This document shows, piece by piece, positions 47,311 to 58,877 of a stretch of DNA of 64,000 nt. The DNA is from a virus. The notes below the pieces were generated by a model that saw nothing but the letters and a program-made list of their open reading frames with translations, searched no databases and had not been told where the DNA came from. A program made the position numbers and the translations under genes. Where the stretch lies: the UHGV virus genome UHGV-0038498, one strand, 5' to 3'. Position 1 is the stretch's first letter. Each line of letters opens with the position of its first letter.

Positions 47311-48176
47311 TATTGAGCCACCCCGATTTTCTGCGTAGCGATAACTTTAACTGCTGCTCTCATACCGACAGTTGGAGAACTTATAGTCGCCGTTACATAA
47401 TTTTCTTTAATACTAAATGCAATATTAGCGATTTCGTCTTCTTCGGTTTCATTCCCAACTCGCATGACAGCATATTCAGAAGAAATGACCTCTGAATTAA
47501 CAGTATCCACAAGAATATTTATTTCTGCTGTTTTAATTTTTCTTCCATCTACTGATTGGCATGTAACTAGCAATTTAGCCATATTGTATTCAGTGCGATG
47601 AAATAGTGGAATATCAACTGATCCGGATGTAGAAATATTCCATGTACCTTCAGCTGGTGATTCCTTTTGTCCAAACATGCTTTCAATAGAATAATTCCAA
47701 ACCGATGTAGAATTATCAGATGAAATACAGCGTAAAGTTACTTTACTATATGGGCTAGTTACTACTAAATTACCCGAAACACCTTTAATTGAATCAATCG
47801 CTTGAATCGTTAAAGGATTAGTAACTGATATAGATCCATTTGAGTTAATAAATTCAACGCAGTCTCCAAGTTCGCCTCTTTCAATGATAACTTTAACACC
47901 TACAGTAGAGGTATCAATATCATGCCTAGTGCCAACTTTTACTGGAGTTGCGTACTCTGCAATAGAGTGTTTTTGATAATATCCAGTAGCATGGATAATT
48001 TGGCCATCTGCTCCAGTTCCATTTGCTACTGCCATTTTACGTTGATCGCCAAACGCATTATAAATTGCGTTAAAATCACTATTAATTTTATTACCACCGT
48101 CGAATAAGATATCACCAGTAGAAGCGTTACCAATTTCGCCGGTATCAATCAATTTCTTTGGTTCTTGAATGAACAT
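47310..48176 (-). CDS. 9: baseplate wedge protein, long-fibre socket
   Basis: 288 aa as T4 gp9; late promoter upstream. Confidence 0.9.
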   Translation of the reverse strand: MFIQEPKKLIDTGEIGNASTGDILFDGGNKINSDFNAIYNAFGDQRKMAVANGTGADGQIIHATGYYQKHSIAEYATPVKVGTRHDIDTSTVGVKVIIERGELGDCVEFINSNGSISVTNPLTIQAIDSIKGVSGNLVVTSPYSKVTLRCISSDNSTSVWNYSIESMFGQKESPAEGTWNISTSGSVDIPLFHRTEYNMAKLLVTCQSVDGRKIKTAEINILVDTVNSEVISSEYAVMRVGNETEEDEIANIAFSIKENYVTATISSPTVGMRAAVKVIATQKIGVAQ

Positions 48177-48200
48177 AGCGGTTTCCTTATGAGTTTATAG

Positions 48201-48208
48201 TATTTATA
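48201..48208 (-). promoter_or_regulatory. late promoter for gene 9
   Basis: TATAAATA on minus strand 25 nt upstream of gene 9 ATG, after gene 8 terminator. Confidence 0.7.
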
Positions 48209-48215
48209 AAGAAAA

Positions 48216-48237
48216 AGGGAGCCCATGGGCTCCCTTA
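48216..48237 (-). terminator. terminator after gene 8
   Basis: Hairpin AAGGGAGCCC-ATG-GGCTCCCTT followed on minus strand by TTTTCTTTAT. Confidence 0.7.
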
Positions 48238-48239
48238 AG

Positions 48240-49244
48240 TTAAAATGTAAACAGAATATTGATTTCTTCTGTTTGATCCATTGCCATGATAATAGGTGGC
48301 CTATTTTCCATATAAATCATTTCGCCCGAATGCCTCATTAAATCTTCCGGATCATAATAATCCTTTTCAGCTTTAACGTTTGGGTCATTTGGATTAGCTT
48401 TAGCTTCAAGAGGATTCGTGATTATTGATATTTGTCTAAATCCTTTATTTCCCGGCAATGCAGCCTCAGGAAAATAAACTGAATCTAAATATGCTTTAAA
48501 ACGGATAGTATTTGCCTTAACACGGTAAATTAATCCAAAATCATCTTGTTGCCAAGTGAGATTATCTTCATATCCCCATCTAGCCGGGTCTTCTTTTAAT
48601 TCCTCAGGCCAAGGAACCACGATATATTCATTCGTGCATCTATTTATAGATACATCAGGCGGAATCTCAAAAAGATATTCCCAAACATATCCGTCGCCGG
48701 GTTCGATTGTTCCTTCCGCGTCTCCTCGACCTTCAGGAGGAGTCATTGACCTAACAGAAGGAGTCCATTTTCCACCTAACTTAAGGCATTCATCCTTATT
48801 AGTTAAAGACTCAATTGAACACATTCCTGTGTCAGGAACATCTAAACAGCGATATACTAACCAGCCTGCGCCTGATTCAGTAGCATTGTAAGGAGCTGAG
48901 TTACACACTACAATATCGTTAATTCTAAATGTGTATGGATCCGGATATCTAGTATCTCCCCAATCTCTACGAGGAATAACTGCATCAAGCATAGATGGAA
49001 GAACCTTTACGGTTCCCATCATATGCGTCCACATGTCAGTTACACCTAATACAGAATCGGTTGGATAAGGTGGAGCAAAGCCCACCTCATTTTCATTTGA
49101 TGACCACGGTTCTGATCTTCCAAATGTGATAAAGATAGTGTTTTTATCCGGACCACTTCCAATTGAATTATAAAAATTCAACATTTTTTCTGTTCTAAAT
49201 TTTGAAGTAACTATCGCACGATAGATAACACTTGAATCATTCAT
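48240..49244 (-). CDS. 8: baseplate wedge protein
   Basis: 334 aa as T4 gp8; position. Confidence 0.9.
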   Translation of the reverse strand: MNDSSVIYRAIVTSKFRTEKMLNFYNSIGSGPDKNTIFITFGRSEPWSSNENEVGFAPPYPTDSVLGVTDMWTHMMGTVKVLPSMLDAVIPRRDWGDTRYPDPYTFRINDIVVCNSAPYNATESGAGWLVYRCLDVPDTGMCSIESLTNKDECLKLGGKWTPSVRSMTPPEGRGDAEGTIEPGDGYVWEYLFEIPPDVSINRCTNEYIVVPWPEELKEDPARWGYEDNLTWQQDDFGLIYRVKANTIRFKAYLDSVYFPEAALPGNKGFRQISIITNPLEAKANPNDPNVKAEKDYYDPEDLMRHSGEMIYMENRPPIIMAMDQTEEINILFTF

Positions 49245-52200
49245 CTATTTTAACCTGTGTTGGATTTTCAGGGTCTCTTGGATTTCCTATATTATCTTTT
49301 AGACGTTTATTAACTAAATCCCTAAATTGTGCAAATGTTGTTCCAGATGCGTCAAATAGAGGACTCATTAATTTGCGTCGTTCAGACGGCAATTGACCTT
49401 GAAATATTGAATTGTTATTTTCAGCATTATAGTCATCAGGAAGAGGATATTCTACACCAGCCATTGGGCCAGGCTCATAAATTGCTTCGCCTGTTACTGA
49501 ATCATGTTCAATTTCACCAGTCGGAGTTAATTTAGCTACTCTATCAGCATATTCAGTAGGCAATCCAGAATCCCATTTATAGTTTTTGTATTTATTAATT
49601 ATGGTCTCTGTATGTTTAAGAGTTAAACCAACATTAATAAACATCGTTAAAAGGGTAATTGCTATAAATCCAAATCCTACTGGATGAACAAAACGAATAA
49701 CGTCAGATTTCCAGCGGGAAGAAGGTAAATTGGATTTAATTTTCATTACATAATATGATCGACTTCTATTAATATAGTCTATATTATTTTGAAGCAAATC
49801 CTTTCCTTTAACCCCACGAATAATTTCGCCTTCAAAACTAGGAAGTCTTTCTGCTTTAACTTCTTGACCGGCAATTAATCTTCCTAAAAGATTATGAATA
49901 GTTACGGTCCATTGCAATTTACCATTAGAATAGCTTCTTTCTATATAAGTAACATTACATCTTCCTGTAGCTGTATAAATCGTTTGTCCTACTAAGTCTT
50001 CAGTCAAAGAATCAGATTGAACGATTATATCATATTCAGTACCAGCCCCAGATTCAATTTCAATTTCAACCTCTTCATTATAAAGAACTTTAAAAAGAAA
50101 TTTGTATGATGCTTCAATTCCTTTAGTAGAATAAAAATCATAGCTACGTAATTCGAAAAATCTTGTAACAGCATCGCGTTTGTCAGCATTTAAATAAATG
50201 TTTCTTTTATATATCTCTGACCACAAATATTCCCATGCATGCTCTTCTCGTGGATATTTGTTACGAATTAAATTTCGTAAATTGTTATACTGAGTTCCAT
50301 ATCCATCAGAAAGATATTGAATATATGCTTCGCAAAATGCCTCAAAATTCGAATCCTGCAACAAATAAGAATCAGGCATCATTGTGCCAATCAATGGTCT
50401 TAAATCAGGGTCAGCTAATCCACGCTCTTCTTCGGGCGACCAAGGGGTTTCATGCTCTTGGTTTTGTAAAAATGCTTTTAAAAATACTTCAGTTGGCTTC
50501 CAAATAATTTCGACAGTGTCTCTAACACGATAGTTAAAATCATAGTAAGAAATTATTTCACCAGAAGCTTTATAGAAAAGCATCCCAGATGCATATTTTT
50601 TAAATCCAGTGAATTTAACATTTGGCATTACTATAGTGCAATCGCCATCATCCCAGTATTCATGAACTAATCTATCTGGTGATGTTTCAGGAATATTTTC
50701 TATAACCTTGGTGTATTTCAAATCAGCATAAACTACTACAACCCTATCAGAGTTGTTTATCCAACAACGTGTGTTAGATTTTTTAGACCAGTTAAAGAAT
50801 GGTTCTGCGTAGTATTTCATCGGCTGAGGAGTAAAAGTTTCCCAATCAGACTTTTCATCTGCTATAAATGCCATCATATGATAATGCTTATCAGCTAACC
50901 ATTCACGAGGAAATTCATATTTAACAGCACCGATTAACTGATATTTTGCTGCAGTTTCAGGGTCATTAACAACATTATCACTTAAAAATTTAAAATTGCT
51001 CGATGATAGAGAAACTAATTTACCATCAGTTGACATATTCGCATACCCTGGTTGAATACGTCTTCTTTCTTCTTCAGTGTTGCCAAAAACTCTTTTCCAC
51101 GTTTTTGTGTCGTGATTTAAAACATATATTCCTTTATCAGCAGAATCAATTATTTTTGATGTTCTAGGATTAGCATTTAATGTTTCAACTTCACCAATAA
51201 TAAGAGCAAAAACTTTATCACCGATAGAATCCATTTTATAGCATACTGCTTTAGGATTTCCGGTTATAGTCATTGTATCAGGTTCAAAAAGCCTTTCCGA
51301 ATATGTTGGAGATAATGGATCAGAATCTATAGGTGCATTACTAGTTTTTATGTATCTAACTTTGTCTCTGGCGACAACGTAAATGTAATCATCGGTGCAA
51401 GTAATAGCTTCTGCAATGCGATATACATTCGCTGGTAAAGTTGCGTAAGTGGCAAAAATTTCTACATCAAATCCTAAATGTAATTGGTCGCCAAGTTTAG
51501 CAAATGTTATATCCTGAGAACTAAATCTGACATCATCAGCTGACCATCTAACATCAGTCGATTTGCGGCCATAGAAAATCTTGTCATATCCTAGAACGTA
51601 TGTTGTGTTCGCAGATTGGTAATATACTGTCTTAGATAAAGGATATCCTACGCGGTCATTGAAGAGCTTTACAGCTTTCCAAGTTTGTCCTTTATCATTG
51701 GATACTTTAACTACAGGTTGATAGCGCTCAAAAAGGTATAGAATCCCTTCTGATTCCATCAAATAAACTCGGTTAATATCCTTACATACTTGCTGAATAG
51801 AACCTTGTATTTCATGATACTCATTTTCACCAATAATAAAATTACTTATTGATGAAACATCAACATATGATGGGCTGAATTGAAATGATTCATTCATCAA
51901 TGCAGCCATTATAGTGTCATTGTTAAAATTGACATAATCAGAATTATTAAGAGTAAATTTTTCCTGAATGAATTTATTAGCTAATTGCATTTCAATCATG
52001 TTTTGAAATGTATAAGCATTTGTAGCAAAAGTTTCAAACTCTTCGGTATAAATCCAATCAGACTGCTCAAAATCTTGTGCAGCTGTAGCTACTCTAATAA
52101 CGTATGATGTCAATGGGTCAGCATCATCGAAAAAGAAGCTGTTATTTGCAGTATATCCTAAGTTAATCCATCTGTATTGATTACTCGGGAGATTTTCCCC

Positions 52201-52335
52201 CGAGTTTGTTTTTGTCTCAGCGATTTCTACAAAATAGTAGAAATTAGCACCAACGTCATCCCAGCGTACTTGCACCTGATTTGCGGATAACTTGGAAATT
52301 CTGAGACTAGTGACTGAAGGTGCTTTTACTGTCAT
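49237..52335 (-). CDS. 7: baseplate wedge initiator
   Basis: 1032 aa as T4 gp7; position. Confidence 0.9.
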   Translation of the reverse strand: MTVKAPSVTSLRISKLSANQVQVRWDDVGANFYYFVEIAETKTNSGENLPSNQYRWINLGYTANNSFFFDDADPLTSYVIRVATAAQDFEQSDWIYTEEFETFATNAYTFQNMIEMQLANKFIQEKFTLNNSDYVNFNNDTIMAALMNESFQFSPSYVDVSSISNFIIGENEYHEIQGSIQQVCKDINRVYLMESEGILYLFERYQPVVKVSNDKGQTWKAVKLFNDRVGYPLSKTVYYQSANTTYVLGYDKIFYGRKSTDVRWSADDVRFSSQDITFAKLGDQLHLGFDVEIFATYATLPANVYRIAEAITCTDDYIYVVARDKVRYIKTSNAPIDSDPLSPTYSERLFEPDTMTITGNPKAVCYKMDSIGDKVFALIIGEVETLNANPRTSKIIDSADKGIYVLNHDTKTWKRVFGNTEEERRRIQPGYANMSTDGKLVSLSSSNFKFLSDNVVNDPETAAKYQLIGAVKYEFPREWLADKHYHMMAFIADEKSDWETFTPQPMKYYAEPFFNWSKKSNTRCWINNSDRVVVVYADLKYTKVIENIPETSPDRLVHEYWDDGDCTIVMPNVKFTGFKKYASGMLFYKASGEIISYYDFNYRVRDTVEIIWKPTEVFLKAFLQNQEHETPWSPEEERGLADPDLRPLIGTMMPDSYLLQDSNFEAFCEAYIQYLSDGYGTQYNNLRNLIRNKYPREEHAWEYLWSEIYKRNIYLNADKRDAVTRFFELRSYDFYSTKGIEASYKFLFKVLYNEEVEIEIESGAGTEYDIIVQSDSLTEDLVGQTIYTATGRCNVTYIERSYSNGKLQWTVTIHNLLGRLIAGQEVKAERLPSFEGEIIRGVKGKDLLQNNIDYINRSRSYYVMKIKSNLPSSRWKSDVIRFVHPVGFGFIAITLLTMFINVGLTLKHTETIINKYKNYKWDSGLPTEYADRVAKLTPTGEIEHDSVTGEAIYEPGPMAGVEYPLPDDYNAENNNSIFQGQLPSERRKLMSPLFDASGTTFAQFRDLVNKRLKDNIGNPRDPENPTQVKIDE

Positions 52336-54314
52336 TGTGATATAGGCTCCAAATCGATAGTTAAGTATTGTGGACGTAAGTCATTTTCAAATACAATCAG
52401 TGAACCATCGCGAGTAAAGATAACATCATCGGTTGGGTCAGAATATAATTCGATGGTCTGAACTTCAAATTTTTCAGATGTTAAATTAATTTTAGCGATA
52501 TTCCAATAAATCACATCAGCTGGATAATTTATTTCACCGATAACATAGTATTTGTCGCGTCCATCAGAATTTGCTAATTTGTTAAAATCGTTGCCTGTAT
52601 ACGGCTGAATGTTTTCATTTTCTGTAACATCGCCAGAAGCAAATGGACCAATAATAACTTTACCAATTCCTTTAGAATCTCGGTCTGTTGATACTATGCG
52701 AACGTCATATAATACATCTTCTTCTAAACCAGTATCAGGATTTACAACCTTTCGTCCGGAATTAAATGAAAACGTATTAGATTCCATAGAACGATCTTTT
52801 ATTTGATTATTGTATTTAATACCTGCTTCAGGCGTTTTATAGAAGTTTTGTACTTCACGAACAATTTGAATTGTCGCTGATGAGCCAATGATAGAATGAT
52901 CTGCATCATCTACATATGTCAACATCTTAGATTTAGCGAAAGATGAGTTAAAAATTTCTACATCTTCGGTATAATAACGATCAATTTTATCAATTATTTG
53001 ACCTTCGAGCCACTGTTCGGATTCTTGCAGCTTATTTAAAGCATATGTGACTTTTAAATTAGTCTTAATAAAAAGATAATTAGGAGAAATAATTGATGGC
53101 GTAATAGGAGCTAAATTATAGTCTTTGAGATAATTTTTAATATCTTCGCGCTGTACAGTAGTTAAATACAGACCTGATTTAGGTTTAGCAGCAATAAATG
53201 CATAACCAGGTTTAGTAGAATCAGTGAACGTCTGAACTGCTTGAATAATAGAACCAAATCTCTCTGAAACGAATGTATCATAGTCAGTCGCAGTTACGCA
53301 GCGTTGCTGGGTTTCGCGTTTAATAGTACCCAATTCGCGAATACGTTCAATATCTTCCGGATCACCGCCGCCATCTGCCCCAACAAAATCTGGGTCATCG
53401 TTTGGGTTTTCATTAATGTTGATGACAGTTATATTTGTCAATGTATCTGCATATGAAAATCCGACTGCGCCATTCGCATCTGCGCCGTTAGTACTGATGT
53501 ACTCAATAACAATCGTAGAGTTCTGGGTAGGTTTAAGACCTCCAATATAATTAGCAGTCAATGCTCCTTCTGCCGCATTAACAGAAATCTCACCTTCGCC
53601 AAAATAAAACTCAGTATTTCCATCAATAGTTTCACGCATGTAGTAAATTGTCGATGTAGAACCAGCATGAACCATTGACTTTCTTGTCCAGTTAATCCAT
53701 TCTGCTCCATCAACGTACAGTTTAACTTGGTTTCTATCTATATTTTTGTCATAAATGATAATAGGTGTTAATTTATCGTAAATGATTTCAGTTCTTACTA
53801 TACGTCCCTGAGCCAATTTTAAACGTGGAAAATATTGGTTATTTTTATCACGAATAGCAATAACATCTTCGGTAGATACAAAGTTATAAGGATTAACAGA
53901 AGTATCTTTTGCATATGCTAAAAAGCGAGTACCACGAGGAATAGTAATGTAATTTCTATTCAATGCGTCTGTACAAGTTAGCATAATTTCAGTTTGAGCA
54001 GCTGATTTTGAAGTAGGTAAATATCCATTATCTTGTGCAGCTTGAACTACTGAACTACGCAAATTAGCAGTACGCATAAAGCTTTCATACAAGGCAGCAT
54101 TACCAAACTGCTGAATGTACAATGTATTATAAGCCAAAAGGTCGCACAGAACGTTTAATCTTGAGCCTTCAAAATCATAATCCAAAAATTCATTTTGACC
54201 ATTAAGCCATTCAATGAGGTTTTGTTTTATTTCAGCAAATGTACCCCCGACGAATATCTCGGGAATAGCATTTGCTGTTCTTGTTAATTGATAATTTACA
54301 GGGGTATTTGCCAT
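52332..54314 (-). CDS. 6: baseplate wedge protein
   Basis: 660 aa as T4 gp6; position. Confidence 0.9.
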   Translation of the reverse strand: MANTPVNYQLTRTANAIPEIFVGGTFAEIKQNLIEWLNGQNEFLDYDFEGSRLNVLCDLLAYNTLYIQQFGNAALYESFMRTANLRSSVVQAAQDNGYLPTSKSAAQTEIMLTCTDALNRNYITIPRGTRFLAYAKDTSVNPYNFVSTEDVIAIRDKNNQYFPRLKLAQGRIVRTEIIYDKLTPIIIYDKNIDRNQVKLYVDGAEWINWTRKSMVHAGSTSTIYYMRETIDGNTEFYFGEGEISVNAAEGALTANYIGGLKPTQNSTIVIEYISTNGADANGAVGFSYADTLTNITVININENPNDDPDFVGADGGGDPEDIERIRELGTIKRETQQRCVTATDYDTFVSERFGSIIQAVQTFTDSTKPGYAFIAAKPKSGLYLTTVQREDIKNYLKDYNLAPITPSIISPNYLFIKTNLKVTYALNKLQESEQWLEGQIIDKIDRYYTEDVEIFNSSFAKSKMLTYVDDADHSIIGSSATIQIVREVQNFYKTPEAGIKYNNQIKDRSMESNTFSFNSGRKVVNPDTGLEEDVLYDVRIVSTDRDSKGIGKVIIGPFASGDVTENENIQPYTGNDFNKLANSDGRDKYYVIGEINYPADVIYWNIAKINLTSEKFEVQTIELYSDPTDDVIFTRDGSLIVFENDLRPQYLTIDLEPISQ

Positions 54315-54322
54315 TTTAAATC

Positions 54323-54616
54323 CTATTTAATGAATACTTTAGATGATGCCTGAGCCACAGTATCACCGCATGATATTGGATCAGCCATTTGAACAGCTTT
54401 CTTTCCAGTGACATATACCTTAGAAGTTCTAGGTTGTGTCACTCCGCCATGTGTTTCATATGGCTTTTTAATTTCTGTATGTTTTGTAATTGGATCACCT
54501 GCTACGAGAACAGCAATTCCTCCAGTGAATACTTTACTTTGTGTAGCATTCACAACTGTTGGAGGCCATGCTTCATGGCCGGCAGTAACACACTTATCAT
54601 AACTTAATCCTGACAT
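54323..54616 (-). CDS. 5.4: PAAR-repeat spike-tip protein
   Basis: 97 aa; Gly/Val-rich small protein directly downstream of gene 5 cluster, as T4 gp5.4. Confidence 0.75.
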   Translation of the reverse strand: MSGLSYDKCVTAGHEAWPPTVVNATQSKVFTGGIAVLVAGDPITKHTEIKKPYETHGGVTQPRTSKVYVTGKKAVQMADPISCGDTVAQASSKVFIK

Positions 54617-55174
54617 TTATGGCCTCTCATACACGTAGCTTCTCAATTTATTAGCCCAACGACTCCAATTTCCAACTATAGTTTTTGTATAATTTTTAAC
54701 AAGAGTTTTTCTTATTGGAGCTGGAGGATTCGTCGGTTCAGTAGTATCAGAAGATGACCTAGAATTACTGCCAGAACCTCCAGATTCACCTTGTTCTTGG
54801 TAGTCATATATTAATGTTACTTCGTAAGTGAATGTCTTCTGGAGGTTTTGAGGAGCTTTCCATAAATATAACTGAGTATTAGAATCAGTTGGAAGGTCTT
54901 CCCATGAAGCAGCAGTTTTAAATTCATTATCTAAACGATATTTCAACGCATCATTTCCAAATCCAAACACAGATTCATACGTTCCATATAAACGATTTTC
55001 TTCTACTAAAACCCCAGGAGTTTCTTCGTAACTAGTTATATTTATAGATACTAACGTTTCACCTGTTTCTAATTGAGCGGTAAAGGTGACGTCGATAGAA
55101 GAACCTTCCATGGATTCTCCTAAATCAGCGCTCATTGGAAGTATATTAGCCAATGTCAATCCTCGATCCATCAA
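54617..55174 (-). CDS. hypothetical protein downstream of gene 5 (5.1-like by position)
   Basis: 185-aa ORF overlapping 3' end of gene 5; true start may be internal. Confidence 0.55.
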   Translation of the reverse strand: MMDRGLTLANILPMSADLGESMEGSSIDVTFTAQLETGETLVSINITSYEETPGVLVEENRLYGTYESVFGFGNDALKYRLDNEFKTAASWEDLPTDSNTQLYLWKAPQNLQKTFTYEVTLIYDYQEQGESGGSGSNSRSSSDTTEPTNPPAPIRKTLVKNYTKTIVGNWSRWANKLRSYVYERP

Positions 55175-56873
55175 TTGTGTATTGACCGGATGAAATAGAA
55201 CTCATAGATGCCATTTTTTCTGTCCAATCACCACCAACGTCCCAATCAACTGTCCCAGCAACTTTCCAAGAAAGATTTCCATTTACTGTATTAGTCTGAT
55301 TTCCTTCAACTAAAGTGGTAGCATCTCCTTTAACTGTAATGTCAGCATTACCTTCAACTACAATAGTAACATTACCTTTGACTAGGATAGTTCCATTACC
55401 TTCAACCGTCTTAGTTTCATCGCCACGTACAAATATTGTATTGCTTCCATCTATTTGGTGGAGACGATTATCCATGTTGTAATAAATTTCTGACCCACCG
55501 ACGTTAGTCTTTTTATCGCCAGCTACCAAAAAATTACCATCAGCATTTGTTATATCATACAAATTATCAACAGTTTTTCTTGTTCTTCTTCCTGACGGTG
55601 ATACTTCCTCATATGTTCCAGTTGGATGAACTAATCTGTATCGTTCTTGTCCCGGGGTATCGTCAAATTCCTGAATATGACCGCTTTCAGTTTCCATTGT
55701 GTGAACATACGGATATTCACCTTTATATGAAGAAACAGGTTCTTTAAATAAAATTCTCGAATCATTCGGAATAGGAGGGTCAGCTGGATCAGAAGACTTT
55801 GCTACAGCAGCAGCCATTGCTGACAAAGACCTAGCCGGTGTTTTCACTTCAATACCGTATGATTCCAAATTCCCTGTAAGAATAATCATGGTAACACGGG
55901 ATGCACGGCCTTTTGTTTGTTGATACCACAATGAATCACGACCAGCTTTATATGCTTTTTCCCAATCTCCGGCTAACATAGCAGTTAACATTGTGTTAAA
56001 TTTAGCTACACCGCCAACACCCATTTGGAATGCCATATTTTCTAATGCCATTTGACGAGAACGATTAACTGCTTGCCAAACTGGGCCAACTTTAGAATGT
56101 GATTTAATGTCACGTTGCATATCAGCTAAATCACGTTCAAATAAAGTTACCGCTTCTTCCATTGTAATAGAACCTGGATTTCCGGTAATTTCACGACCAA
56201 CTTGTTTTGATAAAACTTTATTAATTTGAGTCATATCACGAACTGGCTGCTTCATGATAAGATGACCAATGCCAATTGTCGGATATCCTTCAGTATCCCA
56301 ATAAACTTTTAGTCTTAATCCTTCATCACGGCGAAGCATTTCAGCCATTGACATATTTGGATTATCATCAGTTGGAATCTCTGATAGCGGTCTATCATCA
56401 GGATTTATCGCAGTATCTAGATTGCTATCTTGGATAATATTAGAAGACGAATCATATCCTACTTCTCCGCCTTGGTTTAATACGTTAGTATCATTTCCTA
56501 GACGTCTAGGATACTGTCCAGTCGGGTCAGAAAATCCTTCAAGTCTATTCGGTTTTTCGCGAACTATTCCACCATAAGTGCCAAGGACAATTCCGTTAGT
56601 TTTCCATTTGTCTAAAAAATGACCATAAACTCTAGTTCCTTCTACCGGACCAGTAACGGAGCCTCCAATTCCAGACATTGCTGCAGAAGTTATAGGTTGA
56701 ATAACTGACATCCATGGTAATTTATCAGTTGGAATACCCATTACGTCGCCTTGTGCTCTTTGAGGTGGATGCAGACCAACTACACGAACACGAACACGAC
56801 CTAATTTTAATGGGTCCATTCTATCTTCAACAACACCAACAAACCAATTAAGGTTATTACTTATCATTTCCAT
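55146..56873 (-). CDS. 5: baseplate central spike with tail lysozyme domain
   Basis: 575 aa; N-terminus MEMISNNLNWFVGVVEDRMDPLKLGRVRVRV and C-terminal VxGxxxxxT-like beta-helix repeats as T4 gp5. Confidence 0.95.
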   Translation of the reverse strand: MEMISNNLNWFVGVVEDRMDPLKLGRVRVRVVGLHPPQRAQGDVMGIPTDKLPWMSVIQPITSAAMSGIGGSVTGPVEGTRVYGHFLDKWKTNGIVLGTYGGIVREKPNRLEGFSDPTGQYPRRLGNDTNVLNQGGEVGYDSSSNIIQDSNLDTAINPDDRPLSEIPTDDNPNMSMAEMLRRDEGLRLKVYWDTEGYPTIGIGHLIMKQPVRDMTQINKVLSKQVGREITGNPGSITMEEAVTLFERDLADMQRDIKSHSKVGPVWQAVNRSRQMALENMAFQMGVGGVAKFNTMLTAMLAGDWEKAYKAGRDSLWYQQTKGRASRVTMIILTGNLESYGIEVKTPARSLSAMAAAVAKSSDPADPPIPNDSRILFKEPVSSYKGEYPYVHTMETESGHIQEFDDTPGQERYRLVHPTGTYEEVSPSGRRTRKTVDNLYDITNADGNFLVAGDKKTNVGGSEIYYNMDNRLHQIDGSNTIFVRGDETKTVEGNGTILVKGNVTIVVEGNADITVKGDATTLVEGNQTNTVNGNLSWKVAGTVDWDVGGDWTEKMASMSSISSGQYTIDGSRIDIG

Positions 56874-57447
56874 AAGATTTCTCCATTATACGTATAAGGT
56901 CGTTCATAAATGAATTGATGTCTGATTTTGCTATTATTTTTATTTGACGAAGTTTTTCATTTTCAAGAACAGCAGCTTCATACGTATCGACCGCAGCAAG
57001 TGCTCCTTCATATTGAGGATATTTTCTAGCTTTATCACCTTTGTCATACCAAACATATGGATTATCATCGTATGATATTAAATTATAAAATTTTTCACCG
57101 TTTTCATTCACATGATATACTATTTGGTCTCCACCTACGTTTTTGTATTTTTGTATAGATGCTTGATAAGCAGCTTCTTGCGAAGTAATCCATCCATAAT
57201 ACGGATCATAATTATCATTACACATCAATAAAACCCAATACAACTGCGGATTTCCATATATAGCATTTGCTAATTCTTCCGGACGTGGTGAACCTTTAAT
57301 ATAATAAGTACGTAAGCGGTATCCCGCAAGAGCACGTTTGAAATAGTCTTTATAGTTTCTAAAAATATCTGTCATAGGAATAGTCGGCGCGTTTTTATTC
57401 ACCGTTTTGGCCGCATATTCAATCGGATCAAAAAATGTAAAGAGCAT
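56857..57447 (-). CDS. 53: baseplate wedge protein
   Basis: 196 aa as T4 gp53; overlaps gene 5 start. Confidence 0.85.
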   Translation of the reverse strand: MLFTFFDPIEYAAKTVNKNAPTIPMTDIFRNYKDYFKRALAGYRLRTYYIKGSPRPEELANAIYGNPQLYWVLLMCNDNYDPYYGWITSQEAAYQASIQKYKNVGGDQIVYHVNENGEKFYNLISYDDNPYVWYDKGDKARKYPQYEGALAAVDTYEAAVLENEKLRQIKIIAKSDINSFMNDLIRIMEKSYGNDK

Positions 57448-57460
57448 GGGCCCTCCTGTT

Positions 57461-57483
57461 TATAAATATATTATCTATTTATA
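57461..57483. promoter_or_regulatory. divergent late promoters for gene 4 (plus) and gene 53 (minus)
   Basis: TATAAATA at 57461-57468 (plus) and TATTTATA at 57476-57483 (= TATAAATA on minus). Confidence 0.65.
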
Positions 57484-57494
57484 AGGAGAATCCA

Positions 57495-57947
57495 ATGGCA
57501 TATTCTGGAAAATGGGTTCCTAAAAATATATCAAAATATAGAGGTGACCCTAAAAAAATTACGTATAGATCAAATTGGGAAAAATTCTTTTTTGAATGGT
57601 TAGATAAAAATCCAGAAATTATTGCATGGGGTAGTGAAACAGCAGTGATTCCTTATTTTTGTAATGCAGAAGGGAAAAAACGTAGATACTTCATGGATAT
57701 TTGGATGAAAGATTCTTCTGGACAAGAATTTTTTATTGAAATAAAACCTAAAAAAGAAACACAACCACCAGTTAAACCAGCACATCTAACAACTGCAGCG
57801 AAGAAAAGATTTATGAATGAAATTTATACATATTCCGTTAATACTGACAAATGGAAAGCAGCGCAAGCTTTAGCTGAAAAGCGTGGAATAAAATTTAGAA
57901 TTCTAACAGAAGATGGATTAAAAGCTCTTGGCTTTAAGGGGGCATAA
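57495..57947 (+). CDS. 4: head completion protein
   Basis: 150 aa as T4 gp4; AAGGAG RBS; TATAAATA upstream. Confidence 0.8.
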   Translation: MAYSGKWVPKNISKYRGDPKKITYRSNWEKFFFEWLDKNPEIIAWGSETAVIPYFCNAEGKKRRYFMDIWMKDSSGQEFFIEIKPKKETQPPVKPAHLTTAAKKRFMNEIYTYSVNTDKWKAAQALAEKRGIKFRILTEDGLKALGFKGA

Positions 57948-58771
57948 TGGCTATTTTTCAAATAATTAATGAAAGCACTCCCCAAGTTCCAAAGGTTAAG
58001 CAATCATTAAACGAAAAGAAATGGATTCAGATAGGTCTTGAATACAGAAAGGCCAAAGCAAAAGGAATGACAGGAAAGCAATTTGCCGAAGAAAGAGGAA
58101 TCAAATACTCTACGTTTACTTCAGCAATGTCAAAATATGCTTCAGGAATTAAAACAGCTGAAAAGATTCAAAAGCTTGAATCAAAACCAATGAATAAACT
58201 CAATAAGCAAGAAAGACAACTGCTTATGATAAATTCATTCAGGCAAACATTGCGTGATAAAATTCGTAATGAAGGTGCAGCAATTAATAATAAAACCAGA
58301 AAGTGGTTTGCTGAAACTATTAAGCAAGTAAAAGGACATAAAGTTGTTCGCCCGCAGCCGGGACGAATATATGCTTTTGCTTATGATGCTAAACACAAGG
58401 AAACTCTTCCTTACTGGGATAAATTTCCTTTGATAATTTACCTCGGTTTAGGTAAACATAATTTAATGTACGGATTGAACTTGCACTATATTCCACCTAA
58501 AGCTCGTCAGCAATTTCTAGAAGAGCTTTTAAAGCAATATTCAAATACACCTACTATTACTAATAAAACGAAATTAAAAATTGATTGGAGTCAAGTGAAA
58601 GGATTTAGGGGTGCAGATCAAATGATTAAGGCATATATACCCGGTAATATTATGGGTAGCCTTGTTGAAATCGCCCCGAAAGACTGGGCGAACGTTGTGT
58701 TAATGCCACTTCAGCAGTTCGTTTCAAAAGGAAAACGTTTCTCTGCAAACAAAGTCTGGTCAAATATCTAA
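57947..58771 (+). CDS. 2: DNA end-protector protein
   Basis: 274 aa as T4 gp2; position. Confidence 0.8.
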   Translation: MAIFQIINESTPQVPKVKQSLNEKKWIQIGLEYRKAKAKGMTGKQFAEERGIKYSTFTSAMSKYASGIKTAEKIQKLESKPMNKLNKQERQLLMINSFRQTLRDKIRNEGAAINNKTRKWFAETIKQVKGHKVVRPQPGRIYAFAYDAKHKETLPYWDKFPLIIYLGLGKHNLMYGLNLHYIPPKARQQFLEELLKQYSNTPTITNKTKLKIDWSQVKGFRGADQMIKAYIPGNIMGSLVEIAPKDWANVVLMPLQQFVSKGKRFSANKVWSNI

Positions 58772-58877
58772 TTCTATTATCTTCCATTCTTTTCTATTGT
58801 TTGTTCTAATTGGAATTGAATGGAAGGGACTTAGACCCATTATACCACCAACATTTATGAAGCATTATGAGGAATAT

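Noticed and set aside
57453-57488. Inverted repeat CTCCT...AGGAG around the gene 53/gene 4 divergent late promoters
   Set aside because: The arms are simply the two RBSs of divergent genes on opposite strands, so the symmetry is trivial and unlike the early-promoter repeats.
58797-58877. ORF-track start of gene 3 at 58797
   Set aside because: No RBS there; the ATG at 58878 has GAGGA upstream and gives the expected 176 aa.
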